This document shows, in pieces, positions 1 through 8,965 of a stretch of 64,000 nucleotides of DNA. Position numbers and translations under genes: made by a program. Below the pieces are notes generated by a model. The model made no database searches, had not been told where the DNA came from, and saw only the letters and a list, made by a program, of their open reading frames with translations. This DNA comes from Thermoanaerobaculaceae bacterium (GTDB lineage: Bacteria; Acidobacteriota; Thermoanaerobaculia; Multivoradales; UBA5704). Every line of letters starts with the position of its first letter. The first letter of the stretch is position 1. The DNA is taken from NCBI GenBank assembly GCA_963785165.1, contig CAWAUI010000007.1, positions 1,032,732-1,096,731 of the forward strand, given 5' to 3'.

Positions 1-823
1 AGAGCAGCGGCGTGCCCGCGGGCACCGCCGTTTCGAAGACCAGCCCCCGGAGCATTTTCTGCACTCCGCCCCGGTAGTGGATGCGCGCCACCACCTCCTG
101 CCCGAGGTAACACCCCTTGGTGTAGCTCACCGCCTCCTGCGCACCGGTCTCCTGGGGGAAGTTGTCCGCCCCGAAGTCCTTGCCGAACCGGGGGATGCCC
201 GCCTCCACGCGCAGAACCTCCAGGGCCTCGGTCTCCACGGGCTCGACGCCCGGCAGCTCCAGGAGTTGCTCGGAGAGGTGGCCGGCGATGGAGGCTGAGA
301 CCCACAGCGCCCACGCCTCCACGCCCATCCGCCCCAGGCGCTGAAGCTCGACCTCGGTGCCGTGCACCATGGACCGCCGATGCCGCCAGTCGCCCGGCGG
401 CGGCAGCTCGGTACCCTTGGCATGGCTCAGGGCCTCCGTGCCCTTGGGGCCCAGGAGGCAGAGCGGCGTCATGTCTTCCAGCCCCCGCACCTCGACCCGG
501 TCGGCCAGGACGTACTTCTCGAGATGGCTGGAGATCGCCCCCTCCTGCCCGGCCCCGACCTGGAGCCAGAGCCGGTCCGCCAACGCCATCACCACCGCGT
601 CGGACAGGATTCCGCCCTTGGGCGTGGTGAAGAACCCGTAGGCTCCGTCGCCGGAAGCGAGGCTCTTGACGTCGCAGGTGAGGTAGGCGTTCAGGAACCG
701 GAGCCGGTCGGCGCCGAGAACCTCGAGCCGGCCCAGGCCGGAGAGGTCGGCCAAGCCGCACCCCTCGCGCAGGGCCCGGTACTGCTGGGGAAGCGGCAGG
801 GTGGGGGTATGGAGGGTTGTCAT
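1..823 (-). CDS. YgfZ/GcvT-family folate-binding protein (tRNA-modifying YgfZ-like); the C-terminus runs off the window
   Basis: Reverse-strand translation from the ATG at 823 gives MTTLHTPTLPLPQQYRALREGCGLADLSGLGRLEVLGADRLRFL... and later contains the YgfZ/GcvT signature KGCYLGQEVVARIHYRGG. The ORF is open to position 1, so it is missing from the ORF track. Confidence 0.6.
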   Translation of the reverse strand, partial: MTTLHTPTLPLPQQYRALREGCGLADLSGLGRLEVLGADRLRFLNAYLTCDVKSLASGDGAYGFFTTPKGGILSDAVVMALADRLWLQVGAGQEGAISSHLEKYVLADRVEVRGLEDMTPLCLLGPKGTEALSHAKGTELPPPGDWRHRRSMVHGTEVELQRLGRMGVEAWALWVSASIAGHLSEQLLELPGVEPVETEALEVLRVEAGIPRFGKDFGADNFPQETGAQEAVSYTKGCYLGQEVVARIHYRGGVQKMLRGLVFETAVPAGTPLL

Positions 824-1078
824 GGACTAGAGCCCATCCTTTGATTCTACCTTCAATCCCTGGGAAATCAGGACGCCTCCTCTGGAATTCACCTCCATGC
901 CTCCGGCCTTCGCCGGCCCTACGCCGCACCTCATTCACGCGCTCAACGCCACCTGGCGCTGGTACCGTTTACACCTGTAACGGCAGCCGTTCATTTTTTT
1001 GTCCTCGATTTCCGCCCTCCGGCAACCTTACTTGATGAAGGTCTGAGTTTTGTCGGTACCTTCATCGGGAGGAATGAC

Positions 1079-1396
1079 ATGGCGGACGATCACTTCTCGC
1101 GGCAAACCATTGTGCGCTTTCTTCAATCCAATCTCTCCAGGGACGAAAACCGGGGCTTTATTCGACATCTGTTGAGGCAATGTCCCCAGTGCACGGGGCT
1201 CGTTCAAGAAGTCTCGCAAAGACAAGACTTGAGATTTCTTTTTCGGGACCTCGACGGCTCGGCCCTACGATGCGATCCAGAACCCTACAAGCGAATCCTT
1301 CAGAGGACGTTCCGCCCTACAGGGCGCCGGGAGGCTCGGGACGGCCCGGGACGGAGGCCGCCGGGGTTTCAGCACAGCCGGGCGAGCTTGAGATAG
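1079..1396 (+). CDS. Short hypothetical protein with an N-terminal HLxxCxxC (zf-HC2 / anti-sigma ZAS-like) motif; likely a truncated paralog of the proteins at 57260 and 58947
   Basis: Lower-GC stretch. GGGAGG sits 8 nt upstream of the ATG. The motif HLLRQCPQCTGL parallels HLSRCAECRERL and HLVSCNKCQHRL in the two downstream paralogs. Confidence 0.3.
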   Translation: MADDHFSRQTIVRFLQSNLSRDENRGFIRHLLRQCPQCTGLVQEVSQRQDLRFLFRDLDGSALRCDPEPYKRILQRTFRPTGRREARDGPGRRPPGFQHSRASLR

Positions 1397-1423
1397 CATC
1401 CACCCTCAATTCAGGAGGATGCC

Positions 1424-1774
1424 ATGGACCCGCATTTCGATGGGGTGATCTTCAAGACTCACGCCGGGGAGCTGATCCGCCGGATCCGCCGGCCCTTCCC
1501 GCCGTTCTCCGTCGTGGACGCGCGCTGGCGCGGCGAATTCGAGGAGGGGCACATTCCGGGCGCGTTCCCGGCCGGGCCGGACGGGCTCGCCGCTCTTCCC
1601 CCGGGAACGACGGAGCGGACCGAGTTCTTCGTGGTCGGCAGCGGCCCGGAAGCGCCGGACATGCGCCGGCTGAGCCTCGCTCTGCGCCGGCTCGGAGCCC
1701 ACCGCGTGGTGGAGGTGACCGGCGGCATGGTGGAGTGGAAGCTGGCGGGTGGACCGCTGGAAAAGAGAAGTTAG
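1424..1774 (+). CDS. Rhodanese-like domain protein
   Basis: AGGAGG RBS upstream. Sequence resembles a single-domain sulfurtransferase (FFVVGSGPEAPD...). The ORF is clean. Confidence 0.7.
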   Translation: MDPHFDGVIFKTHAGELIRRIRRPFPPFSVVDARWRGEFEEGHIPGAFPAGPDGLAALPPGTTERTEFFVVGSGPEAPDMRRLSLALRRLGAHRVVEVTGGMVEWKLAGGPLEKRS

Positions 1775-1810
1775 TCAGGCCGGCAGGGATGCCGGCGGTC
1801 CCAGGAATTT

Positions 1811-2505
1811 CTACGCCAGCCAGCCGACGGCGCCGGGCGCGGCGAAGAGGTCCGGCACCACCCAGTCGGCGCCCGCCGCGCGGAGCCTTTCCGCGGGCGT
1901 GCGCCCGGTCGCCACGGCGAGGCAGGGGATGCCGTGGTCCCGGGCGCAGGAAACGTCGTGGACGCTGTCGCCCACGATCAGCGTCTCGGCAGGATCGAAG
2001 CGGCGCCCCAGGGCCTGCTCCGCCCGGTCGAAGGCCACGGGCGGCAGCTCCGAGCGGTCCACCCCGTCGCAGCCGAAAGCCCCGAAGCCGAAGTACCGGT
2101 TGAGGTCGAAGCACGCGAGCTTGGCCCGCGCGCCCGGTTCCCAGTTGCCGGTGAGGAGGGCGAGCACCACGTCCTCGCGCGCCGCGAGCCGCGCCAGCGT
2201 CTCCTCCACCCCGGGCAGGAGGCGCATCCTCCGCGGGTCCAGCGCCCCGGCCAGCCGCTCCATGTACAGATCCTTCATCCGGGGGAGCTTCTCGCGCGCC
2301 TCCCGCTCGGGAACGCCGGCCGCCATCACCAGGTCGAGGACGATACGGGGGTCCGTCCGCCCCGCGAAGTCGTAGCCGTCCACGTTGCCCGCCGTGCCGA
2401 AGACCTCTTCCAGGGCCGAGGCGAAGAGCGGCCGCACCTGCGGGCCGCAGTCGAGGAGGGTGCTGTCGATGTCGAAGAGGACGAGCTTCACAGGATGGCT
2501 CATCT
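1811..2505 (-). CDS. HAD-family hydrolase (phosphoglycolate phosphatase-like)
   Basis: MSHPVKLVLFDIDSTLL (DxDxT motif I), LTGNWEPGARAKL, and IVGDSVHDVSCARDHG (motif IV). Confidence 0.75.
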
Positions 2506-2511
2506 CCGGTT

Positions 2512-3287
2512 TTATCGCCACTTCGGCGGCTTCTTGGTTTCCAGGAAGGTGGCGATGCCGTGCTTGCAGTCGGTCGTGGCCCGGGCCGCGGCGTTGACCT
2601 CGGCCGCGAGCGTCATCGCCTCGCCGAGCGGCTTGCCGATGGCGTCGAGCAGCAGCCCCTTGGTGCGGGCGATGGACTCGGAGCTGCCGGTCTCCAGGAT
2701 CTGCGCCGCCAGCGCCTCGCCCGCCGTCCGCAGGTCCGCCGCGCTCCCGGCAGACACCACCCGGTTCGCGAGGCCGATCTCCAGGGCCTTGCGGGCGTCC
2801 AGGAGCTGGGGATTGAGCAGCAGCTCGCGGATGTCCGAGCCCTTGAGGCGCAGGGGGAGGTAGGTTGCGACGAGGGCCGCCACGAAGCCGATGCGCACCT
2901 CGCTGTAGAGGAACTTCGCGTCCTCGGCCGCCACCACGAAGTCGTGCGCCGTGGCGATGCCGCAGCCGCCGGCCACGCAGGCGCCGTGGACGAGGGCGAT
3001 GGTCAACGCCTCCTGGCGCAGAATGGAGGCGAAGAGGTCGCGCAGGCGCGAGCGAGTCGCGGAGGTTCTCCTCGTGACCGGCGTCGCGCAGGGAGCGCAG
3101 GTGCTCCAGGTCGGCGCCGGCCGAGAAGTTCTTCCCCGCGCCGGAGAGGAGGATGGCCCGCACCCCTTCCTTGCGCCAGTCCCGGCGGTAGAGCTCTGTA
3201 ATACTCCTTGATCATGAGCGGCGAAAGGGCGTTGGCCCGCTCAGGGTCGTTCAGGGTGACCCAGAGGAGATCGTTGTCCCGCACCAC
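2512..3287 (-). CDS. Enoyl-CoA hydratase/isomerase (crotonase family), split over three frames by two apparent frameshifts
   Basis: Three consecutive frames read as one crotonase: MVRDNDLLWVTLNDPERANALSPLMIKEYYRAL, then ILLSGAGKNFSAGADL, then IALVHGACVAGGCGIA...KHGIATFLEKKPPKWR. The frameshifts are near 3170 and 3040. Confidence 0.7.
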
Positions 3288-3296
3288 GTTCGAGGC

Positions 3297-3629
3297 TCAT
3301 GGCCTTGCCAGCTCCTCCGGCACCTCGATCTCCATCTCCAGCAGCCCCTGGGCGTGGGTCTTCCCCTGGGCGTCGTTCTTCAGGCTCTCCGTGCCGCCGC
3401 CCCCGAGGGAGTCGTGGAGCATGAAGTTGAGCGCCAGCAGGTTCGGCAGCTCGAAGCGCTCGACCGCACCCCGGCAGACCTCCCGGAAGTGCCCCTTCAC
3501 GCGCTCGGCCGTGACCTCCCGCCGCAGCACCTCGTAGACCTCGGGCGTGCCGGCGATCAGGCCGACGTTCGAGGCGTCCCCCTTGTCGCCCGAACGGGCG
3601 TGGGCAATGTCGCCCAGTCGAATCCTCAT
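3297..3629 (-). CDS. DUF4387-like small protein, the usual partner of AtuA/DUF1446 proteins
   Basis: MRIRLGDIAHARSGDKGDASNVGLIA...MLHDSLGGGGTESLKNDAQGK. The ATGA overlaps the upstream gene. Confidence 0.55.
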   Translation of the reverse strand: MRIRLGDIAHARSGDKGDASNVGLIAGTPEVYEVLRREVTAERVKGHFREVCRGAVERFELPNLLALNFMLHDSLGGGGTESLKNDAQGKTHAQGLLEMEIEVPEELARP

Positions 3630-4063
3630 GTCGTTTCCTTTGCCTTGAACAGAAAAGAAGCGGTCAGCGCGGCCAGGCCCGTCAGCAGAAAGCCGGCCGC
3701 GAGAAAGTACACGGTACGGGGCGACGTGGCCGCGGGATTGTAGAGGGCCGGAAACACCGCCCGGAATCCCAGGTCCAGGATCTCGTGGTGCCGGGACTCC
3801 AGCCATGCGAACACCGCCAAGCCACCTGCCAGGACGCCGGCCAGGAGCGCCACGAGGCGGGGGCGCCGCAGGCCCGCGGAGAGGCCCCGGTGGAGCGCCA
3901 CCACCCAGACCGTACCCGCCACCAGGGCCCAGAGGGCGAAGGCGGTGCGGTCCGCGACGGCGCTGTAGAGGAAACCCAGGAGCAGGATGGGCAGGAGCCC
4001 GCCGAGGAGGCCGCCATACCAGGTGAAGACCAGGGAACGATTGCCGGAGGGGGCCTCGCTCAC
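3626..4063 (-). CDS. Hypothetical integral membrane protein (3-4 TM)
   Basis: A GTG start overlaps the AtuA stop (GTGA). The sequence is hydrophobic: LVFTWYGGLLGGLLPILLLGFLY...FLAAGFLLTGLAALTASFLF. Confidence 0.45.
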   Translation of the reverse strand: MSEAPSGNRSLVFTWYGGLLGGLLPILLLGFLYSAVADRTAFALWALVAGTVWVVALHRGLSAGLRRPRLVALLAGVLAGGLAVFAWLESRHHEILDLGFRAVFPALYNPAATSPRTVYFLAAGFLLTGLAALTASFLFKAKETT

Positions 4064-5428
4064 ACCTCCTCCACGGTGACCTCGATGCGGCTCTCGACCT
4101 CCTCGCGGGCCAGCAGGGCCGGCCAATAGGCCACGATCTCCTGCGGCTTGGGCCGGCCGCCGGCGAAGCCCGTCACCCCCGGGGGGCCGGCGGTCACGAG
4201 CGGCGCGATCTCCTTGCCGAACCGCTCCACCTTGGCCGAGTCCGCGTGCTTCACGCCGAGCCGCAGCACGACCTCGGGGAGATCGTCCGGCGTGGCGAAG
4301 ATCCCCGGCAGGCAGGCGCCGGTGCCCAGCAGCTCCGTCTCCCGGTCCTCGGGAGCGAAGACGACCCCGGCGCGTTCCAGCCGCTTCCACACCACCTCGG
4401 CGGCCAGCGTGGCCTTCTCCACCGCCCGCGGCCCCGAGAGGGTGATCTGCCCCGAGGCCTTGTAGCCGGCGAGGTAGGAGCCCGAAACCTTGAGAAACGG
4501 CGTGTTGGGCCGCCCCTCGATGCCGGAGACCTCCACCCGGTCCTTGCCGTCCTGGCGCAGGTGGATGGTGGTGAAGTCGGCCGTCACGTCCGGCGTGATG
4601 TAGCTCGCGGGATCGCCCATCTCGTAGACCAGCTGCTCGGAGACGGTGTCGACCGTCACCATTCCGCCCGTCCCCTCGTGCTTGGTGACCACGAAGGTGC
4701 CGTCTTCCCGGGCCTCGACCACGGGATAGCCGACGTTCCAGAGGTCCGGCACTTCCCAGAAGCGGCTGAAGTTGCCGCCCGTGCACTGGGCGCCGCATTC
4801 GATGATGTGGCCGGCGATGGTGCCCGCGGCCAGGCGGTTCCAGTCTCCCTCGCTCCAGCCGAACTCGTGCATCATCGGCGCGAGCGCCAGGGCCGTGTCC
4901 GTCACCCGGCCGCAGAGCACGATGTGGGCGCCCTGCGCGAGGGCGTCCACCACCGGCCGGGCGCCCAGGTAGGCGTTGGCGCTCATCACCTTGTCGACGT
5001 GCGGCCCCAGGGGCTCGCCCGTGTCCATGTTCTTCATCGCGTGCCCGGCGGCGATCAGGTCCTTGAGGCGCGGCAGGAGGTCATCCCCCTCGACCACGCC
5101 CACCCGGAGCCCCGTGACCCCGAGCTCGCTTCGCCACCTCGAAGATGCGGTTGCGGCACGCCCGCGGGTTCAGGCCGCCCGCGTTGGTGAGCACCCGAAC
5201 GTTGCGCTCCACCAGCTCGGGAAGCACCCGGCGGATGAAGCCGATGAAGTCCGTGGCATAGCCGAGCTTCGGGTTCTTCAGCTTCTGCCGCATCATGATC
5301 GACAGCGTCACCTCGGCGAGGTAATCCATGCCGATGTAGTCGATGGGACCGCCGCGCAGCAGCTCCACGGGCGCGTCCACGTTGTCCCCCCAGAACCCCT
5401 GGCCATTGCCGATCCGGATCGTCTTCAT
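4060..5428 (-). CDS. AtuA-like acyclic terpene utilization protein (DUF1446), frameshifted near 5130
   Basis: N-terminus MKTIRIGNGQGFWGDNVDAPVELL...; it continues in a second frame as MGVVEGDDLLPRLKDLIAAGH...GTIAGHIIECGAQCTGGNF. The shift lies at a G-run. Confidence 0.65.
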
Positions 5429-5533
5429 AGAGCCCGGAAGAGTAGCATGGGTGTAAGCTGGAGGCTGTCAGGACAAAGGGCGGCCAGGAAATTGCAGGCC
5501 GTTTCTGGCGGAGAGTGAAAGGAGAATTGTCCC

Positions 5534-6016
5534 ATGGCAAAAAATGGCAAGAAGAGGGATACCCAGGAGCCCGGCAACACGGACGGAATCTCCCAGGACC
5601 AGTTCCTTGAAGGTTTGAACGTCGATCTCGCCCATGAGTACGCGGCGGTGATCCTGTACCGCACCTACGCCAGCCAGGTCCAGGGCCAGTGGCGCATGGA
5701 GCTACGCCAGTTCTTCGAGGCCGAAATCCCCGACGAGCTCGGCCACGCCCAGATCCTGGCCGACAAGATCGTGTCCCTGGGCGGCACCCCCACCACCGTC
5801 CCCGCGCCGGTCAAGCCGGCGAAGGACGCCAAGGAGATGCTCAAGAACGCCCTGGAGGATGAGATCGAGACCATCCAGCGCTACGTCCTGCGCCGCAAGC
5901 AGGCCGAGGCCCTGGGCCACTACGGACTGGCCGTCGAGTTCGACGACCTGATCCGCGACGAGACGACCCACCGCGACGAGATCCGGATGATCTTGAAGCG
6001 GTGGGACACCGGTTAG
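5534..6016 (+). CDS. Ferritin-like/Dps-bacterioferritin superfamily protein
   Basis: AAAGGAG RBS. Metal-ligand-like positions: EYAAVILYRTY, EAEIPDELGHAQILADKI, LEDEIETIQRY. Confidence 0.65.
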   Translation: MAKNGKKRDTQEPGNTDGISQDQFLEGLNVDLAHEYAAVILYRTYASQVQGQWRMELRQFFEAEIPDELGHAQILADKIVSLGGTPTTVPAPVKPAKDAKEMLKNALEDEIETIQRYVLRRKQAEALGHYGLAVEFDDLIRDETTHRDEIRMILKRWDTG

Positions 6017-6273
6017 GCCCCGGCTTCTCAACAGCGCAGTAACTGAAGCTCTGAGCTGGACGGAACGGAGCGGGCTCTCCGGCTCAGAGCCTTCCCTTGC
6101 GCCTCCTGACGAGCGAAGTCAGCACGGCGAGCTCCTCGGCTTCGTCCTCCGTGCTTCCGGCAGCCCGGTTGGAGACTGCCACGGTGGAGCTGGCCCGCAA
6201 GGTGATGGCGGAGATTGAGCTCGTGCAACTGATCCCGGACGACGGCTCACCTCTTGTTTCCAAGCGCGCTTCC

Positions 6274-6530
6274 CATAGTGCCGGCCTCGTCTCCCATAGT
6301 TTCAACACCGAGGAACATAGGCTGAAGTGTGGGAAACAATGTTCTCGCGCTTAAATACATAGTTCCAGCCTTGACGTCCATAGTTTCAACACCGAGGAAC
6401 ATAGGCTGAAGTGCGGGAAACAATGTTCTCGCGCTTAAATACATAGTTCCAACCTTGACGTCCATAGTTTCAAAGCCAAGGAACTAAGTGTGAGATGCGA
6501 GAAACAATGTTCTCGCGCTTCGCGGCCGGC
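6274..6530. repeat. AT-rich tandem repeat, about 88-bp unit x about 2.7 copies, each unit holding an inverted repeat GGAACAT-N22-ATGTTCTC
   Basis: Unit tccatagtttcaacaccgaggaacataggctgaagtg[t/c]gggaaacaatgttctcgcgcttaaatacatagttcca[g/a]ccttgacg occurs twice nearly perfectly, plus a degenerate third copy. It lies in the 700-bp gap between two convergent genes. Confidence 0.8.
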
Positions 6531-6713
6531 GCGTGAGCTTTCGCGGCCCGGCTCCGGGCGCACCGCATCTAGGCTCTGTCAAGGTAGAAACGACGGTAGG
6601 GGGCGGTCCGCGGGATGCCGTAGGCACCCTGCGTGGCCGCCCTGTTGCGGCAGGCGGCCTGACGGCCGTCAGGCCGGACAACCTAGGGCCGCCCCTACAG
6701 ATATCTCCCGCCT

Positions 6714-8672
6714 TTACTTCTCCTGGATCTCGATGAGGCTGCCGACCTTGGGGTTCTTGACCGTCTGGGTTTTGCCGGAGGGCCAGAGGACTTCGAGGGT
6801 GTCGGGCTTGGCGGTGTCGCCCAATCCAAAGTAGAGGGGCATGACGCTGTGGGAGAGGTAGCCGGAGGCGCCGTCGTTCCACTGGGTCCAGGTCTGGGTG
6901 CCGGCCTTGACGCGGACGCGGGCTCCCAGGGCGTCGCGGTTGGAGGTGGTGCCGGTGAGCTTCACCTTGAGGAAGCGCGGGGCCTTCTTACTGGATAGGT
7001 CGCTGACAAGAACCTGGGGCTCGGAGTTGAAGTCGTTGGTGACGACGTCGAGGTCGCCGTCGCCATCCAGGTCAAAGATGGCGGAGGAGCGGGAGCCCAG
7101 GGTGCTCATGATGCGGACGGTGCCGGTGCGGTTGGCGCAGGGGGTCTTCTTCTTGTCCTCGCCGTTGCAGTCCATGTCGGTCATATGGAAGTGGGTGCGG
7201 CCGCCGCGGCGCGGCTCGACGCCGAGGATGAATTCGCTGTCGCGGAAGATCTTCCCCTGGTCGTTCAAGAGCAGGGAGCTCACCCCGTAACGGAAGGGGA
7301 AGTTCATGCTGGCGGTGATGAAGAGATCCTGGTAGCCGTCGGCGTTCAGGTCCGCGGCGCTGACGCCCCAGGGCCAGTAGTTCTCGACTCCCATGGCGTC
7401 GGAGACTTCGGCGAACTTGCCGTCGCCCTCGTAGTGGAAGAGGGAGTTGCCGAAGACGTTGTTGGCACCGCCCTGGAGCATCTGGTCGTTCCACTGCATG
7501 TCGGACTTGAGCTTCTCCTTGTCGGGGCCGATGAGGAGGCTCATGTCCGAGTGCATGTCGGTGATCATGACGTCGGGCCGGCCGTCGTTGTCGTAGTCGA
7601 AGGACTTGATGCCCATGGCGCCCCAGGAGGTCTTGGGGAAGTACTGGGCGCCCTTCTCGACGAAGGTCTTGCCCCCCTGGTTCTCCCCTTGATTTTCCCA
7701 GTAATGATTGTCGCCCTGCATGTTGAGGACGTAGAGGTCGGGCCAGCCGTCTTCATTGAAGTCGAGCACGGAGGCGTCGCCGGTCCAGCCGCCGTCCACG
7801 AGGCCGGTCTCCTTGGAGACGTCCTTGAAGCGGTGGTTGCCGAGGTTCTTGTAGAGGATGCTGGTCTCGGTGCGGTCGGGGTGGAGATGGCCGGCGAAGG
7901 CGTCCTCGACGCCCACGTAGTAGCCGCCGCGGCCGGTCTTGTCGGTGGTGTAGCGGCCGACGTTGGCGAGGAAGAGGTCGAGGAGGCCGTCGCGGTCGTA
8001 GTCGAAGAAGACGGCGCCGGAGGAGTGGCCGTTGTAGTCCAGGCCGGCTTCCTGGGAGACGTCCTTGAAATGCCCCTTGCCGTCGTTCAGGAAGAGGTGG
8101 TTCCCCTTGCGGACGGTGGTGACGAAGAGGTCGGGGTCGCCGTCGTTGTCCACGTCGGCGAAGGAGGGGGCGATGCTGATCTGGTCCTCGAGGCCGACCC
8201 CGGCGGCGGCGGTGACGTCGCGGAAGGTGCCCTTGCCGAGGTTCTTCCAGAGCTGGTTCTCGCCGAGCTGGGTGGTGAAGTAGAGGTCGAGGAGGCCGTC
8301 CTTGTCCACGTCGGCCACGGCGACGCCGTTGCCGTGGTCGTAGTGGACCATCTTGTACTCGCGCCCGCTGTCGTCCACGGCCACGTTGCGGAAGGTGATG
8401 CCGCTTTCGGGCTGGCGGTCGGTGAGCTGGAAGCCGTGGAAGACGCCGATCTGGCCGGCCGTGGCCAGTTGGGCCGCCTTCCTCGCGGGGAGGTTGGCGA
8501 CGCCCTCGTCGTCCTGGGGGTAGTAGTAGTCGCCTCCCGCCTGGGGCTCCTGAGGCGTTGCCGGCGGGGCGGCCGCCATCTGGCCGTGGGCGTGGTCCAT
8601 GCCCTGGGCATGGAGCGCCGGGCTGAGGAGCACGGCGAGGGCAAAGAAGAGTCCGGATTTGCGATGAGACAT
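6714..8672 (-). CDS. Secreted CRTAC1/ASPIC-UnbV family protein with FG-GAP/VCBS repeats
   Basis: Signal peptide MSHRKSGLFFALAVLLSPALHAQG. Repeated DxDGDGxxDL and FxNxGxGxF FG-GAP motifs. C-terminal UnbV/ASPIC region. Confidence 0.85.
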   Translation of the reverse strand: MSHRKSGLFFALAVLLSPALHAQGMDHAHGQMAAAPPATPQEPQAGGDYYYPQDDEGVANLPARKAAQLATAGQIGVFHGFQLTDRQPESGITFRNVAVDDSGREYKMVHYDHGNGVAVADVDKDGLLDLYFTTQLGENQLWKNLGKGTFRDVTAAAGVGLEDQISIAPSFADVDNDGDPDLFVTTVRKGNHLFLNDGKGHFKDVSQEAGLDYNGHSSGAVFFDYDRDGLLDLFLANVGRYTTDKTGRGGYYVGVEDAFAGHLHPDRTETSILYKNLGNHRFKDVSKETGLVDGGWTGDASVLDFNEDGWPDLYVLNMQGDNHYWENQGENQGGKTFVEKGAQYFPKTSWGAMGIKSFDYDNDGRPDVMITDMHSDMSLLIGPDKEKLKSDMQWNDQMLQGGANNVFGNSLFHYEGDGKFAEVSDAMGVENYWPWGVSAADLNADGYQDLFITASMNFPFRYGVSSLLLNDQGKIFRDSEFILGVEPRRGGRTHFHMTDMDCNGEDKKKTPCANRTGTVRIMSTLGSRSSAIFDLDGDGDLDVVTNDFNSEPQVLVSDLSSKKAPRFLKVKLTGTTSNRDALGARVRVKAGTQTWTQWNDGASGYLSHSVMPLYFGLGDTAKPDTLEVLWPSGKTQTVKNPKVGSLIEIQEK

Positions 8673-8695
8673 GAAGTTGATCTCCCCTATGCTCA

Positions 8696-8745
8696 GGTGG
8701 CCATTTCGGTGGAGGCCATTTCGGTGGTGGCCATTCCGGTGGAGG
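8696..8745. repeat. Three tandem 15-bp direct repeats (gccatttcggtggag-like) in the divergent promoter region
   Basis: gtggccatttcggtggag gccatttcggtggtg gccattccggtggagg, between the ASPIC gene start (8672, minus) and the coxI start (8966, plus). Confidence 0.7.
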
Positions 8746-8965
8746 ATGATACGCGAGGTTGCGGCCCGGCCGACCCGTCCCGTACCCCTGCCTTGCGGGT
8801 TGCAAGGCGCCTGTCGTAGACTCAGCCGTCTTTTTCAGAACAGCCGTTCGCATGCTGTACAGAGGTCGCCAAGATGCGGGGCAGATTCCAGGGGCCGCGG
8901 CAGTGCGTCCGCTGCCGGCCGGCTCGTTCTGTCCGTTCCGATCACCGTCCGAAGGGAGATCGTAG

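Noticed and set aside
6247-6465. 72-aa ORF with an internally repeated peptide (MDVKVGTMYLSARTLFP...x2) inside the 88-bp tandem repeat
   Set aside because: The repetition simply mirrors the DNA tandem repeat. The location is an AT-rich non-coding gap with no RBS, so it is more likely non-coding.
7185-8853. Long ORFs on both strands overlapping the CRTAC1 gene (7185..8819 +, 544 aa; 7753..8853 -, 366 aa; 8087..8644 -, 185 aa)
   Set aside because: Their composition is extremely biased (G/A/V/E/R-rich with no motifs). They lie entirely inside a well-supported 652-aa FG-GAP gene in a 68% GC genome, where stop codons are rare in all frames.
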